From the NCBI GenBank assembly GCA_963845145.1, contig CAWJQU010000002.1, positions 256,001-320,000 of the forward strand: DNA of 64,000 bases, given 5' to 3'. The stretch is from an uncultured delta proteobacterium (GTDB taxonomy: Bacteria; Desulfobacterota; Desulfobacteria; Desulfobacterales; QNYZ01). Below are positions 52,105 through 61,569 of the stretch, piece by piece. A program made the position numbers and the translations under genes. Position 1 is the first letter of the stretch. Each line of letters begins with the position of its first letter. The notes under the pieces are model-generated. The model was not told the DNA's origin, did not search any database, and saw only the letters and a program-made list of their open reading frames with translations.

Positions 52105-52516
52105 TCGCGTCCTCTTAATAAATGTAAAATAACCAATTAGCCGGCGTGTACCTAACAGGCAAAGCAACGCTGCTGGGTTTCAAAGTCTTTGAATTCGACC
52201 GATTGTCACCTCGATGTTCTCTCCACCATTTTACCCCCCTGTGGCGGCACAATTACCATCAATATTCCATTGATTCATTTGAATAAATTGATCATTTTGG
52301 ATTCGAACCTTATCATGCTTAGATTCATATTTTTCATGGCAGAAAAATCTCTATCTGTCAAGTTATTACTTTAGCGTATATTGGTATATAAATTACGTAT
52401 AAATTTTTTAGATGAAGATATGCAGATGAACTGGAAGGTACCCATTCCGGCTTATTTATATTTCAAAGTTTGGTGCCTGGCCGCTTTGCAACCCAAACAA
52501 CTGGAACCCATATTAT

Positions 52517-52945
52517 TCAAAAAGCTATCGATGTAAACGACCGCTCATCATAAAACCGGTCGATAATACAGTTGAATCCATATGCCAAACAAATAGACCG
52601 GGCTTTGGTCTCGGAAAACCAAGATAGGCGCTGACCTTCGGTTAAATGAATGCGCTGGATGTCGAAATTGGCGGGTTTTATAAACGTATATTCGATACGG
52701 TCTGAAAATTCAGTGCGTGCAAACAGACGGTGCCCGACAAGGTCAAGCCCTATTTCTTCTTTCATTTCACGAACAATACATTCAAAGGGTGTCTCGTCCG
52801 GTTCCACGTGTCCTCCGGGAAGGTCCCACATACCCGGATAGGGGATAGTCGGAATATCATCACGTAAAAGGAGCAACACCTCCCGAAGTTCATTGAAAAA
52901 AATGATACTGCAACCACGAGGGTTTGGTTTTAACGAGGCGATCAT
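52517..52945 (-). CDS. NUDIX hydrolase
   Basis: WDLPGGHVE..ETP.ECIVREMKEEIG Nudix box. Confidence 0.92.
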   Translation of the reverse strand: MIASLKPNPRGCSIIFFNELREVLLLLRDDIPTIPYPGMWDLPGGHVEPDETPFECIVREMKEEIGLDLVGHRLFARTEFSDRIEYTFIKPANFDIQRIHLTEGQRLSWFSETKARSICLAYGFNCIIDRFYDERSFTSIAF

Positions 52946-54751
52946 TTCAATAAAAACAATGTAACGAAGCGGGCGTCGATATTCTCAGGCGCTACCCTCC
53001 CCAACTCACTTTCAATTTCAGAAAACAGCTCATCCAGAGAGGGTCCGATTTGGGCCATGATCTTGGTTTCGGAAAACCCGCTTTGGCTGATCAGCCAGTT
53101 TAGAAAAGATTGTTTGGCGCTGAAACGAATGGTCATCACGTCGTTCGCTGGGTTTCTATTGCTTGATTTAGCCGTTTGTGTGGATATTCGGGATTGAAAC
53201 AGTTTTTCGGCGTGAAACGCGCGGAAAAGAGATGTCTCTATAGGCGACACTTTACGGGACAGACCGAGGCAGTCCCTGACCCAAAGCGTCAGCATTAAAT
53301 TTTTGTAAGTCAGGAAAACATCTACCGTCTGTTGCACCTCTAAATCGATACCCAATTGGCGTAAAAAAGTATCCATAGCTATCAACCGATCCAAGGCTGC
53401 ATCCGTTTGGACGATATCATCCATGGCGGCAAATTCGCGGTAACGCGGAGCATGTAAGGCTTTATCAAAAAAGAGCGGCTTTTTTATCAACAGGCCGCCC
53501 AACACGCCCATCCACACCTCACCTAAAAACGTTAATGTCAAACCCTGCTCCCGCAGCCAGCTTTCGTGAAACCATCGGTCCGTTCTCCATTTTATACGCA
53601 GGGCATATCCGAAGCCGAGTTGAAACACGTTGGGTAACGAATAATGGGCCAGCATAGCGGCCGATTTGAATTTTTCTTGAATCTTTTTTTGAATCCGGGC
53701 TTGGGTCTCCGATGTCTGCCGCCAGGGCAGCCAGGCCAATCCGAATGTATCCACATGCTTTTTGGACGGCCTGCTTCAAATCCACCCGGTCCCTAACCAA
53801 CTTTTGGTCGGCCACGATCAACCGATTGGCCAGGCCGGCCAATTCCATCTCCGCGCTTAGACGTTTTGGTTCGGAATCAATTTTTTCAAGGGCTTTAATC
53901 ACCGGGTCCTGCCCATCCGCCAATCGAGTGGTAAAATGCATTACCGGCTGCCGTGTACCCACTGAAGGTCGAAATTCCCTATGAGAGGCGGTCCGGTTTT
54001 TAAGGTCTTGAACCGTCAACGACTGGTAGATGCCTACCGCCTCGTCAAAGGGAAGAAACCCATTTTCCGCCATACGGATATTCCGTTGCCGATAGGCCTC
54101 TTCCTCCACTTCGGCCGGAATCACGTGTATGGCTTCCAAAAGAATCTGGTGAAAACGAACAGTATCCTCATCGGCCAAATGGTTTAACAAGTCATTAATC
54201 AACCGTTGGCGCATTTGACCAAAAGCGTGCTTGCCAGCTTCGTCACCCTCTGAGAGCCTATCCGCCGGATGGTCCAAAATATTAATATAGAACATGCCAT
54301 CCAAGGTAAAAAACCCATCCCCAAAGTCAGAAGGGTCCTGGTCGTGTTCCCGTAGAACAACCTTAATATTTTTAAAAAGGTAGAATTCGAAAAATTCAAT
54401 CTTGTCGTTTCCAACCCAATGGGTCATCCGCGTCGGGTCCGCTAAAAGTAGAAGGTGTGCCCAATATGTTATGGCGTCAAGATCCATACGGTCCCGATGC
54501 CACCCTTCTACATCCAAAAAGTATTCCCACTGCCGATTGGATGCCAGCTTTAAAATCGGAAGGGCGCTCTCCAACCCAATGTCGTGGACCAGAAGATGCA
54601 GGTCCTGGGCGGGAAAGGAGTGCACCAAAGCGGCCGGTTCGCCCGCCGAAAGGATTCGATCCAGGGCTTTTTCAGCAGGTAATGTCGCCATCTCTTTGCG
54701 TATGTCTGCCATACGACGGAGCTTTATAGTCAGATTTTTATTACGATTCAT
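52942..54751 (-). pseudogene. Conserved deltaproteobacterial protein (DUF6178-like) split by one frameshift
   Basis: Two overlapping ORFs (53519-54751 and 52942-53754) join into one frame if the A7 run at 53684-53690 loses one base; family name from recall. Confidence 0.65.
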
Positions 54752-54778
54752 GCTACCTTTTTAACCCTGATCATTTGA

Positions 54779-56068
54779 TCAATCAAAGTTATTATCCATT
54801 TCGGTTGATCGCCACGGCGCAAATTTTATCAATAAAAGCATGCCTGGAATCGCCAGTAAGGCACAGGCAATAAAAAAACCTTCCCAGCCAATATGTTTAG
54901 CCAAAAAACCGGTTGGGGCTGACGCAAATACTCGAGGAATACCCATTAAACTTGTTAAAAGCGCATATTGCGTCGCAGTAAATTTTTTGTTGGTAATACT
55001 GGCCATAAAGGCGGCAAAGGCGGCCGTCCCCATACCGCTGCTCAAATTCTCAAACCCGATCACTCCCGCCAGGACAGCTTGGTTGGGGCCGCTTTGGGCC
55101 AAAATCGCAAAGCAGGCGGTGGAAAGCGCCTGGAGAACCCCGAATATCCACAATGATTTGTTGATCTTTAAGCGCAACATAAGGATGCCGCCGCCCAACC
55201 CGCCAATAATGGTCGCCCAGAATCCAAACAACTTCACGACCGCGCCGATCTCGGTTTTGGTGAAACCAACTTCAAGATAAAACGGCAGGGTCATGGCGCT
55301 CGCCATGGTGTCCCCAATTTTGTAGAAGAGGATAAACACCAGCATCCAAATGGCACCAGATCGGCTAAAATACTCAACCAGCGGCTTTACAACGGCTTCA
55401 GCGAGTGTTTTTGGGGTTCCTTGCGCCGCTATAGGTTCCGGGGTTAAAATAGTCGTGATCATTCCGGGAAGCATGCAGGCCGCTAAGATCATGTAAACCG
55501 ATTGAAACGACATGTGATCAGCCATGATCAGACCGCCGCCGGAAGCAAGCAACATGCCTAACCGGTACCCGTTGATATAAAAGGAGGATCCGAGCCCTAA
55601 CTCCTCATCTTTCAAATCTTCACGACGATAGGCGTCGACCACGATATCCTGGGAGGCACTAAAAAATGTCACCAAGAAGGCCGCGATAGCCACGCCCCAG
55701 GGGTTGACACCTGGATGGGTCAGTCCCAATCCGATGATGGTGCCCACCAATGCCAATTGGGCGAATAGAAGCCAGCCGCGTCGACGACCCAAGAGTGGGA
55801 CCTTAAAACGATCAAGCACCGGTGCCCATAAAAACTTGAGGGTGTAAGGCAGGCCCACCAACGACATCATACCGATGACGGTAAGGTCGACCCCCTCTTC
55901 TTTCATCCAGGCCTGGAGTACAGAAAGCGTTAACAGTAGTGGCAGGCCACAGGAGAACCCCATGACAAATGCGACCAGCATTCGCCGACTCGCAATGACC
56001 CGCCAGATAGACAATCCGGATTCAGTTTTGTTTGGTGATTGGCCTGCCTGAGAGTCAGGCCGCGTCAT
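54779..56068 (-). CDS. ampG: AmpG-family muropeptide MFS transporter
   Basis: GF..GLPL.L, LKFLWAP..DR...LGRRRGW, SASQDIVVDAYR, TATQYALL.S. Confidence 0.93.
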   Translation of the reverse strand: MTRPDSQAGQSPNKTESGLSIWRVIASRRMLVAFVMGFSCGLPLLLTLSVLQAWMKEEGVDLTVIGMMSLVGLPYTLKFLWAPVLDRFKVPLLGRRRGWLLFAQLALVGTIIGLGLTHPGVNPWGVAIAAFLVTFFSASQDIVVDAYRREDLKDEELGLGSSFYINGYRLGMLLASGGGLIMADHMSFQSVYMILAACMLPGMITTILTPEPIAAQGTPKTLAEAVVKPLVEYFSRSGAIWMLVFILFYKIGDTMASAMTLPFYLEVGFTKTEIGAVVKLFGFWATIIGGLGGGILMLRLKINKSLWIFGVLQALSTACFAILAQSGPNQAVLAGVIGFENLSSGMGTAAFAAFMASITNKKFTATQYALLTSLMGIPRVFASAPTGFLAKHIGWEGFFIACALLAIPGMLLLIKFAPWRSTEMDNNFD

Positions 56069-58034
56069 CCGGCGTCCCTGCAACCAACCGATCCGGTGGT
56101 ACGATGGGACCGTATTTATCTTTGAGGACCATTAAACCGTCTCGTTGTTCGCGTAGCACTTTAAACAGCCTCGGTGGTGTATCGGCATTTTGGCCGTAGG
56201 CTTCGGTTTGAAGATCGATACGGGCGATGATGTTTTCCAGATATAACGAGAACTGCTTTTCATAGAGGGTTTCCGGATAGGCCTTGTCGATAATTTTACC
56301 GAAAAGCGATTTTAAGTCTTCGTACCGGGGAAGATACCCGATGGGCGTGTCGATGACGTCGACTTCCTGATGGGATAATCGTTCTAACCAGGCCAGCCAG
56401 ACACGTACGTCCCGTTTTTCGCCGAGCAGCTTACTACCGCTGCCCCCTCTGGCCGAGTGGGTTAAAAAGTAGTTCAAACCGGCCAATAGGGGTTGCTTCT
56501 CCGCGGCAATGTCGGGGTGATTAAAGAATTCGAACTGGGCATCCATATAATCGGCCAGCGAACCCGGAATAAAGGGCGCATTGGCCCAGGGTGCCCGGCG
56601 TACACCGGTGGCTCCCACTTCTGTAGCCGTGGCGGCTGAAACGATACAAGCGCCGATAGTCACACCCTGATCGGGGGTTTTGGCGACCCACACCGGCGGC
56701 ATGGTGTCACTGTCTCGACCACTATAGGTGATGATGCGCGTTTCCACACCACTGCTGCTTTCAGCCAGATCGGAATAGTTGGACAAGGCCTTGGATGAGA
56801 TCGTACAGCGTGAATTGGGATGGGAGATCAGAACCGCCTGGCCATTTTCGTCCGTCATACCTTTATGCCACTCGCCTTGAAAATTAAATCCTTTTTCCGG
56901 CTCCGGCTCGCCATTACCGCTCCAATGGGGAACGCCATTTTCGTCGATGAGCACATTGGACCAGATCACTTCCGTGCCAGGCTTTCGCAGACACTCCATT
57001 AACCGGGGGTCTCCTTCCCAGTTGACATCGGCGACAATCCCGAAAATACCGCATTCCGGATTGATCGATCGAATGGATCCGTCGGGCGCACGCCACATTT
57101 GGGCCAGATCATCGCCAACAAAATGGTCTCCCGCCATGGCGGTAGTCGTTTTACCACATCCGCTGGGAGCGGCGCCGGTGGCCCAGGTAACCCTTCCTCC
57201 GGGGCCTTCGATACCTGTGATAAACATATGTTCGGATAACTCATTGCCCCGATTTTCATATACGGCTTTATCAACGGAGAAACGATGGTTGCCCTTCTTC
57301 AATAAAAGCGTATTGCCGGCGTAGGTACAATTAAAGCTATACGTCGTGCGGTGGCTTCGATCCATGAAAACCCGCGCATTGGGCAGATCCTCAGATCGGT
57401 TTAACCCTTCACTGTGAATGTTAGTGTAAAAATGGCCAATCTGATCCACTTCGTCATCAAAGACTTCATAACAGTTACGGTAAAGGATTTCGGCACTGTG
57501 GCACACATAGGCCGAACTGGTGATCTCCAGAGCCGGATTGGAAACCGGTGCTCCGATGGGGCCTCGAATGTAAAATCCCACCACCATGACCTTGCCTTCC
57601 ATGATACCACTCATTCGCTCCGTCACCGTTTCCACAGCCTTGGACCGATCCAGCTGATTGGCTAAAGAACTGATCTTTTCCCCTTCATTGGCAATATAAA
57701 AGGTTCTGTCGATGATTCTGCCTTGTTCCTCTTTTAAATCGTAGTGAATGGTATGCCCTTCCATGGAAAGGGATTTTTCTTCCTGTTTTTCTAAGGCCAA
57801 GTTGCGAATAAAGTTGCGGTCGTCGTTGGAGCCGGTGTTAATGAAGATGCTTTTCGGCCGGCACATGGCGGCGGCATTGGCGATCTTTAGCACCGCTGGG
57901 CCGGTCCTAATCTTTGCGACACGGGATAGCTGAATATCATCCATCTTCGTTTTTAAAAAAGCCACGGCATCTTCTACCGTGGTAAATCCTCCAACGTTCG
58001 TGACTATATCCACACCTTTTCCGATTTCCAACAT
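56055..58034 (-). CDS. pckG: Phosphoenolpyruvate carboxykinase (GTP)
   Basis: YAGN, L.EHM, PSGCGKT, VGDD, INPE.G.FG, HPNSR. Confidence 0.93.
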   Translation of the reverse strand: MLEIGKGVDIVTNVGGFTTVEDAVAFLKTKMDDIQLSRVAKIRTGPAVLKIANAAAMCRPKSIFINTGSNDDRNFIRNLALEKQEEKSLSMEGHTIHYDLKEEQGRIIDRTFYIANEGEKISSLANQLDRSKAVETVTERMSGIMEGKVMVVGFYIRGPIGAPVSNPALEITSSAYVCHSAEILYRNCYEVFDDEVDQIGHFYTNIHSEGLNRSEDLPNARVFMDRSHRTTYSFNCTYAGNTLLLKKGNHRFSVDKAVYENRGNELSEHMFITGIEGPGGRVTWATGAAPSGCGKTTTAMAGDHFVGDDLAQMWRAPDGSIRSINPECGIFGIVADVNWEGDPRLMECLRKPGTEVIWSNVLIDENGVPHWSGNGEPEPEKGFNFQGEWHKGMTDENGQAVLISHPNSRCTISSKALSNYSDLAESSSGVETRIITYSGRDSDTMPPVWVAKTPDQGVTIGACIVSAATATEVGATGVRRAPWANAPFIPGSLADYMDAQFEFFNHPDIAAEKQPLLAGLNYFLTHSARGGSGSKLLGEKRDVRVWLAWLERLSHQEVDVIDTPIGYLPRYEDLKSLFGKIIDKAYPETLYEKQFSLYLENIIARIDLQTEAYGQNADTPPRLFKVLREQRDGLMVLKDKYGPIVPPDRLVAGTPDDAA

Positions 58035-58130
58035 AAGCCCTCTCCTTTTCGAATTAAACCAAAACCAGAACCGGAATAACCGATACCGGAAAAACCATTA
58101 ATAGATCAATTGATCAGGAAAACCTTAACG

Positions 58131-58709
58131 CTACCCTGTTTGAAGCAAGATGTCCTTTAAATCGCGTTTGGGGACATGATGGACACTTTTTTCATCCCGC
58201 CAGTAACGAACGTCACCATCGGGCAAAACCGCATCAATAACAACGGTTTCTCGGGGCTCTCCCAAAGCGATGACCAAAAGGATTTCATAACGGTCATCGA
58301 TATCGAATATTTTTTGAATGCGTTTGCGATTGATCGTGGCAATCATACAACCGGCCAGGCCCTTTTCACGCGCCCCAAGCAAAATGCTCTGGGCGGCTAT
58401 ACCGTGATCAACCCCAAAATCGGTCGATATGTGGGTATCACCCAAAATGATGATATATCCTGCCGGACGCTCACCCTCTTCCGGGCCGGTCCAGTCTTTT
58501 ATTTGCGCCGCCCACCCCAGACAGGGATATATAGTCTCATTTACAGCGGGGTCATCGGCCAGAATGTAAACCAGGGGTTGCCGATTGGCGCCCGACGCCG
58601 ATAGTCGGGCCAGGTTGACCAGGTCTTTTAACACATTCCGGTCCAGAGCCCGATTCTGATAAAAGCGGCGGCAACTGCGATTCTTTCGAATCAGATTTTC
58701 AATCATCAT
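58131..58709 (-). CDS. Nitroreductase family protein
   Basis: RS.RRF, ARLSASGANRQP, D.GIAAQSILLGA...GL.GC, HHVPKR. Confidence 0.92.
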   Translation of the reverse strand: MMIENLIRKNRSCRRFYQNRALDRNVLKDLVNLARLSASGANRQPLVYILADDPAVNETIYPCLGWAAQIKDWTGPEEGERPAGYIIILGDTHISTDFGVDHGIAAQSILLGAREKGLAGCMIATINRKRIQKIFDIDDRYEILLVIALGEPRETVVIDAVLPDGDVRYWRDEKSVHHVPKRDLKDILLQTG

Positions 58710-59359
58710 CACTCTCCCTGCCAGCAAATTTTATCATCAACCGGCATATGTATTCGAATCCAGGATAGCACTTTTTCAAATTCAGATTTAAGCTCCGAAA
58801 GCGCCCTACCGCGATGGCTGATCCGGCTTTTTTCTTCAAGGGTTAGCTGAGCGAAGGTTTTCTTAAGCGAGGGCAAATAAAAAATGGGGTCGTAACCAAA
58901 GCCGCTGTCTCCGGTCGGTGCCTGTGCAATCAGGCCTTCGCAGCGGGCTTCATAGGTAAGTGCCGGGCCGGCGGGAACGGCAATGGAGATGACGCATTCA
59001 AAAGCCGCTTTTCGATCTTTTTTGCCATCCATGGCCTTTAAAAGTCGGGCGGTTCGCTCCTCGTCAGTGAGTCCCTCGCCCCCGTATCGGGCCGAATGCA
59101 CACCGGGCCGGCCGTCCAACGCCGCAACGCACAAACCGGAGTCATCCGCCAGGGCCGGCAGACCGGTTACACGGGCCGTTTGGCTCGCCTTTTTATATGC
59201 ATTTTCTTCAAAGGTAGCGCCATCTTCAATGACTTCGGGCAACGAGCCGAAATCACTTAAACATTTAATCCGGACCGGAAAGCCATTTAACATGTCTTGA
59301 ATTTCGGCAATTTTGCCATGGTTACCGGTGGCTAAAATCAGGGTCGTCAGTTGGTTCAC
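58709..59359 (-). CDS. rdgB: XTP/dITP diphosphatase (Ham1)
   Basis: ATGN.GK, E...TFEENA..KA, ADDSGL, PGVHSARY, GFGYDP, SHRGRA. Confidence 0.97.
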   Translation of the reverse strand: MNQLTTLILATGNHGKIAEIQDMLNGFPVRIKCLSDFGSLPEVIEDGATFEENAYKKASQTARVTGLPALADDSGLCVAALDGRPGVHSARYGGEGLTDEERTARLLKAMDGKKDRKAAFECVISIAVPAGPALTYEARCEGLIAQAPTGDSGFGYDPIFYLPSLKKTFAQLTLEEKSRISHRGRALSELKSEFEKVLSWIRIHMPVDDKICWQGE

Positions 59360-59525
59360 AACACTCCACGGTTTCGGAGAAATGGTGTTGGGATATCAAA
59401 TCTTCCTTTGCTTATCCTGTTTAAAAAAAGATATAATCCATACCATTCGCCTTGTAAAGCGCTTTACCCCGTTGCCGGTTTTGTTATATTGAAAAAGATT
59501 GAATTTCGTAGCGGAGATTGAATAC

Positions 59526-59708
59526 ATGATTAAATCCGAAACGTGTCTGCAGGATGCATTCGCCAAAGTTTCAGATTATATTGCCCGGACTACCGGGACA
59601 GCAGCCACCCAAGAAGAAATGGCCGATGCCTTAGGACGCTATTTTGTCCTTCAGGAGATCAAGGAGCATATCGAGATGCGACGGGATGGGTTTATGGAGG
59701 ACGAATGA
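59526..59708 (+). CDS. Small hypothetical protein
   Basis: RBS GGAG; 60 aa, helical composition (ATQEEMADALGRYFVLQEIKEHI). Confidence 0.55.
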   Translation: MIKSETCLQDAFAKVSDYIARTTGTAATQEEMADALGRYFVLQEIKEHIEMRRDGFMEDE

Positions 59709-59886
59709 CTACAGGACAGGCGACCGTTTTGGGCCCAATCGTTGTTTCCCAATCTTTGTTCTGGGTTAACCGAGAGTCTAATGTGTGTTGCTTGGATATT
59801 TCGAACCAACGCACCCGGAAACAAGCAATTCTTTTAGACGCCAAAGATCCCTTAAAAGCCTTCTTGGGAGTCATTTTCGCCCCCTC

Positions 59887-59964
59887 TAAACATGACGGGC
59901 CACTCGAACCATTCGAGCGGCCCATCAAAGGAGGAAAAAAGATGAAGAAATATTGAGGTCTGAC
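59887..59964 (-). ncRNA. Candidate sigma54-dependent small RNA with an anti-SD tract
   Basis: sigma54 site upstream; UUCCUCCUUU single-stranded region; 16-bp hairpin whose two G-U pairs exist only on the minus strand. Confidence 0.5.
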
Positions 59965-59973
59965 ATTGATTCA

Positions 59974-59990
59974 TGCAATCACCTTGCCAA
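59974..59990 (-). promoter_or_regulatory. sigma54 promoter
   Basis: TTGGCAAGGTGATTGCA on the minus strand, near-consensus GG-N10-GC. Confidence 0.7.
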
Positions 59991-60197
59991 GTCCGACCAT
60001 TATTTCCAAAAACTTTCTTTGTATTTGTTTTTATCAATTATACTAAATAGTTATTTTCTTTCACGAACCACAAAAGCGTACCTGCGGATACGGCAAACAC
60101 CGGTCGAAGCATCAAAATTCGTTCTAAATAATTAACCCGTTTTCACGTAAAGCCCGTATCTTATTGATATTAATACAGAATTGGTAGTTCATATTAA

Positions 60198-60320
60198 GTT
60201 CAAAATTGTGAACCCCAGCATGGCTTTTACCCGAAAAATGGCTAACTATTTGATATAATATTATAATTATAATGTTCAAAATTGTGAACGCTTGGGAAAT
60301 AATTTTCACAAAGTGTGAAC
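60198..60320. promoter_or_regulatory. Three palindromic transcription-factor sites
   Basis: GTTCAAAATTGTGAAC exact at 60198-60213 and 60274-60289; variant TTTCACAAAGTGTGAAC at 60304-60320. Confidence 0.6.
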
Positions 60321-60400
60321 CTCGACAGTGACCTTAGCTTCATTTATAATAACCCTTCCGGAGAAACCATTGCCTTTCATTGGCGATCGATTGGGAAATC

Positions 60401-60892
60401 ATGAACAACCGGCTCTATCCTACCCAACCTCAACTTGCCGTCGGTGCTGTTGTCTTTAATGAAAACAAGGTTCTACTGGTTCATCGGCGAAACCCGCCCG
60501 GCCAGGGTGTCTGGGCCATACCCGGTGGCAGGGTCCGCTTGGGTGAAACACTTCAACAAGCTGCAGAGCGGGAGATCTTTGAAGAGACCGGGGTTGTGAT
60601 CGGGGCCAAAGAACCGATATTTACTTTTGACATGATTGATCGGGATAAAACCGGGCGCCCCCGTTACCACTATGTCATTATCGATCTTAGGGCCACATAT
60701 TTGAGCGGCAGACTTGTCGCCGGCGATGACGCCCGGGCGGCAAAATGGGTTTCGGAAAAAGAGCTGGCAACGCTTAACGTTAACGAGACGACCCTCCGGC
60801 TGCTCTACGACCGATTTAGGTTCGGGCGCCAGCCAGTTGCCTCCCAGACTTTACCTTTACCGCCGAACCAGAAATCGGTGCCTACGGAATGA
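60401..60892 (+). CDS. NUDIX hydrolase (ADP-ribose pyrophosphatase-like)
   Basis: WAIPGGRV..GETL..AA.REIFEETG, YHYVI, AGDDA. Confidence 0.92.
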   Translation: MNNRLYPTQPQLAVGAVVFNENKVLLVHRRNPPGQGVWAIPGGRVRLGETLQQAAEREIFEETGVVIGAKEPIFTFDMIDRDKTGRPRYHYVIIDLRATYLSGRLVAGDDARAAKWVSEKELATLNVNETTLRLLYDRFRFGRQPVASQTLPLPPNQKSVPTE

Positions 60893-60900
60893 ACAAATAG

Positions 60901-61569
60901 ATGCGATTACTACTTATTGAAGACGATACTAAAATCGCTTTATTTATCGAGAAAGGGCTAAAAGCGGCCGGCTTTGCCGTGGACTGCGCGTCCACAGGCC
61001 CCGATGGCCTTCACTTGGCGCTGTCCGAGCCCTACGACGCGGCCATTATCGACCTTATGCTCCCCGGCCTTGACGGTCTGACGGTCATCAGGCGCATCCG
61101 CCAGGCAAAAGTCAATACGCCAGTCATTATTTTAAGTGCCAAAGCCTCGATTGATGACAGGGTCCGCGGCCTGCAGGCTGGTGGAGACGATTATTTAACC
61201 AAGCCGTTTTCATTTTCCGAGCTTCTTGCGCGCATCCAGGCCCTTTTGCGCCGGGCCAACGGCACTGCCGAGCCGACCCGCCTGCAAGTTGGCGATCTGG
61301 CTATGGACCTGATCACCCGCGAGGTGGTTCGGCAGGATCATCAAATCGACCTTCAACCCCGGGAGTTCGCCTTGCTGGAATACCTGATGCGTAATGCCGG
61401 CCGGGTCGTCTCCAAAACCATGATCATGGAGCATGTCTGGGATTACCATTTCGATCCCATGACCAATGTCGTTGAAGCCCGAATCAGTCGGCTACGCAAT
61501 AAAATCGACAGGCCGTTCACGCCAAAACGGATTCATACCATTCGGGGAGTGGGCTATGTTATTCGCTAA
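60901..61569 (+). CDS. OmpR-family response regulator (CusR/CzcR-like)
   Basis: LLIEDD, DLMLP, LSAK, DDYLTKPF, VWDYHFDP.TNVVE, TIRGVGY. Confidence 0.95.
   Translation: MRLLLIEDDTKIALFIEKGLKAAGFAVDCASTGPDGLHLALSEPYDAAIIDLMLPGLDGLTVIRRIRQAKVNTPVIILSAKASIDDRVRGLQAGGDDYLTKPFSFSELLARIQALLRRANGTAEPTRLQVGDLAMDLITREVVRQDHQIDLQPREFALLEYLMRNAGRVVSKTMIMEHVWDYHFDPMTNVVEARISRLRNKIDRPFTPKRIHTIRGVGYVIR

Noticed and set aside
59926..59956. Plus-strand strong RBS with micro-ORF MKKY*
   Set aside because: It is better explained as the reverse complement of the anti-SD tract of the minus-strand sRNA candidate; the hairpin G-U pairs favour the minus strand.
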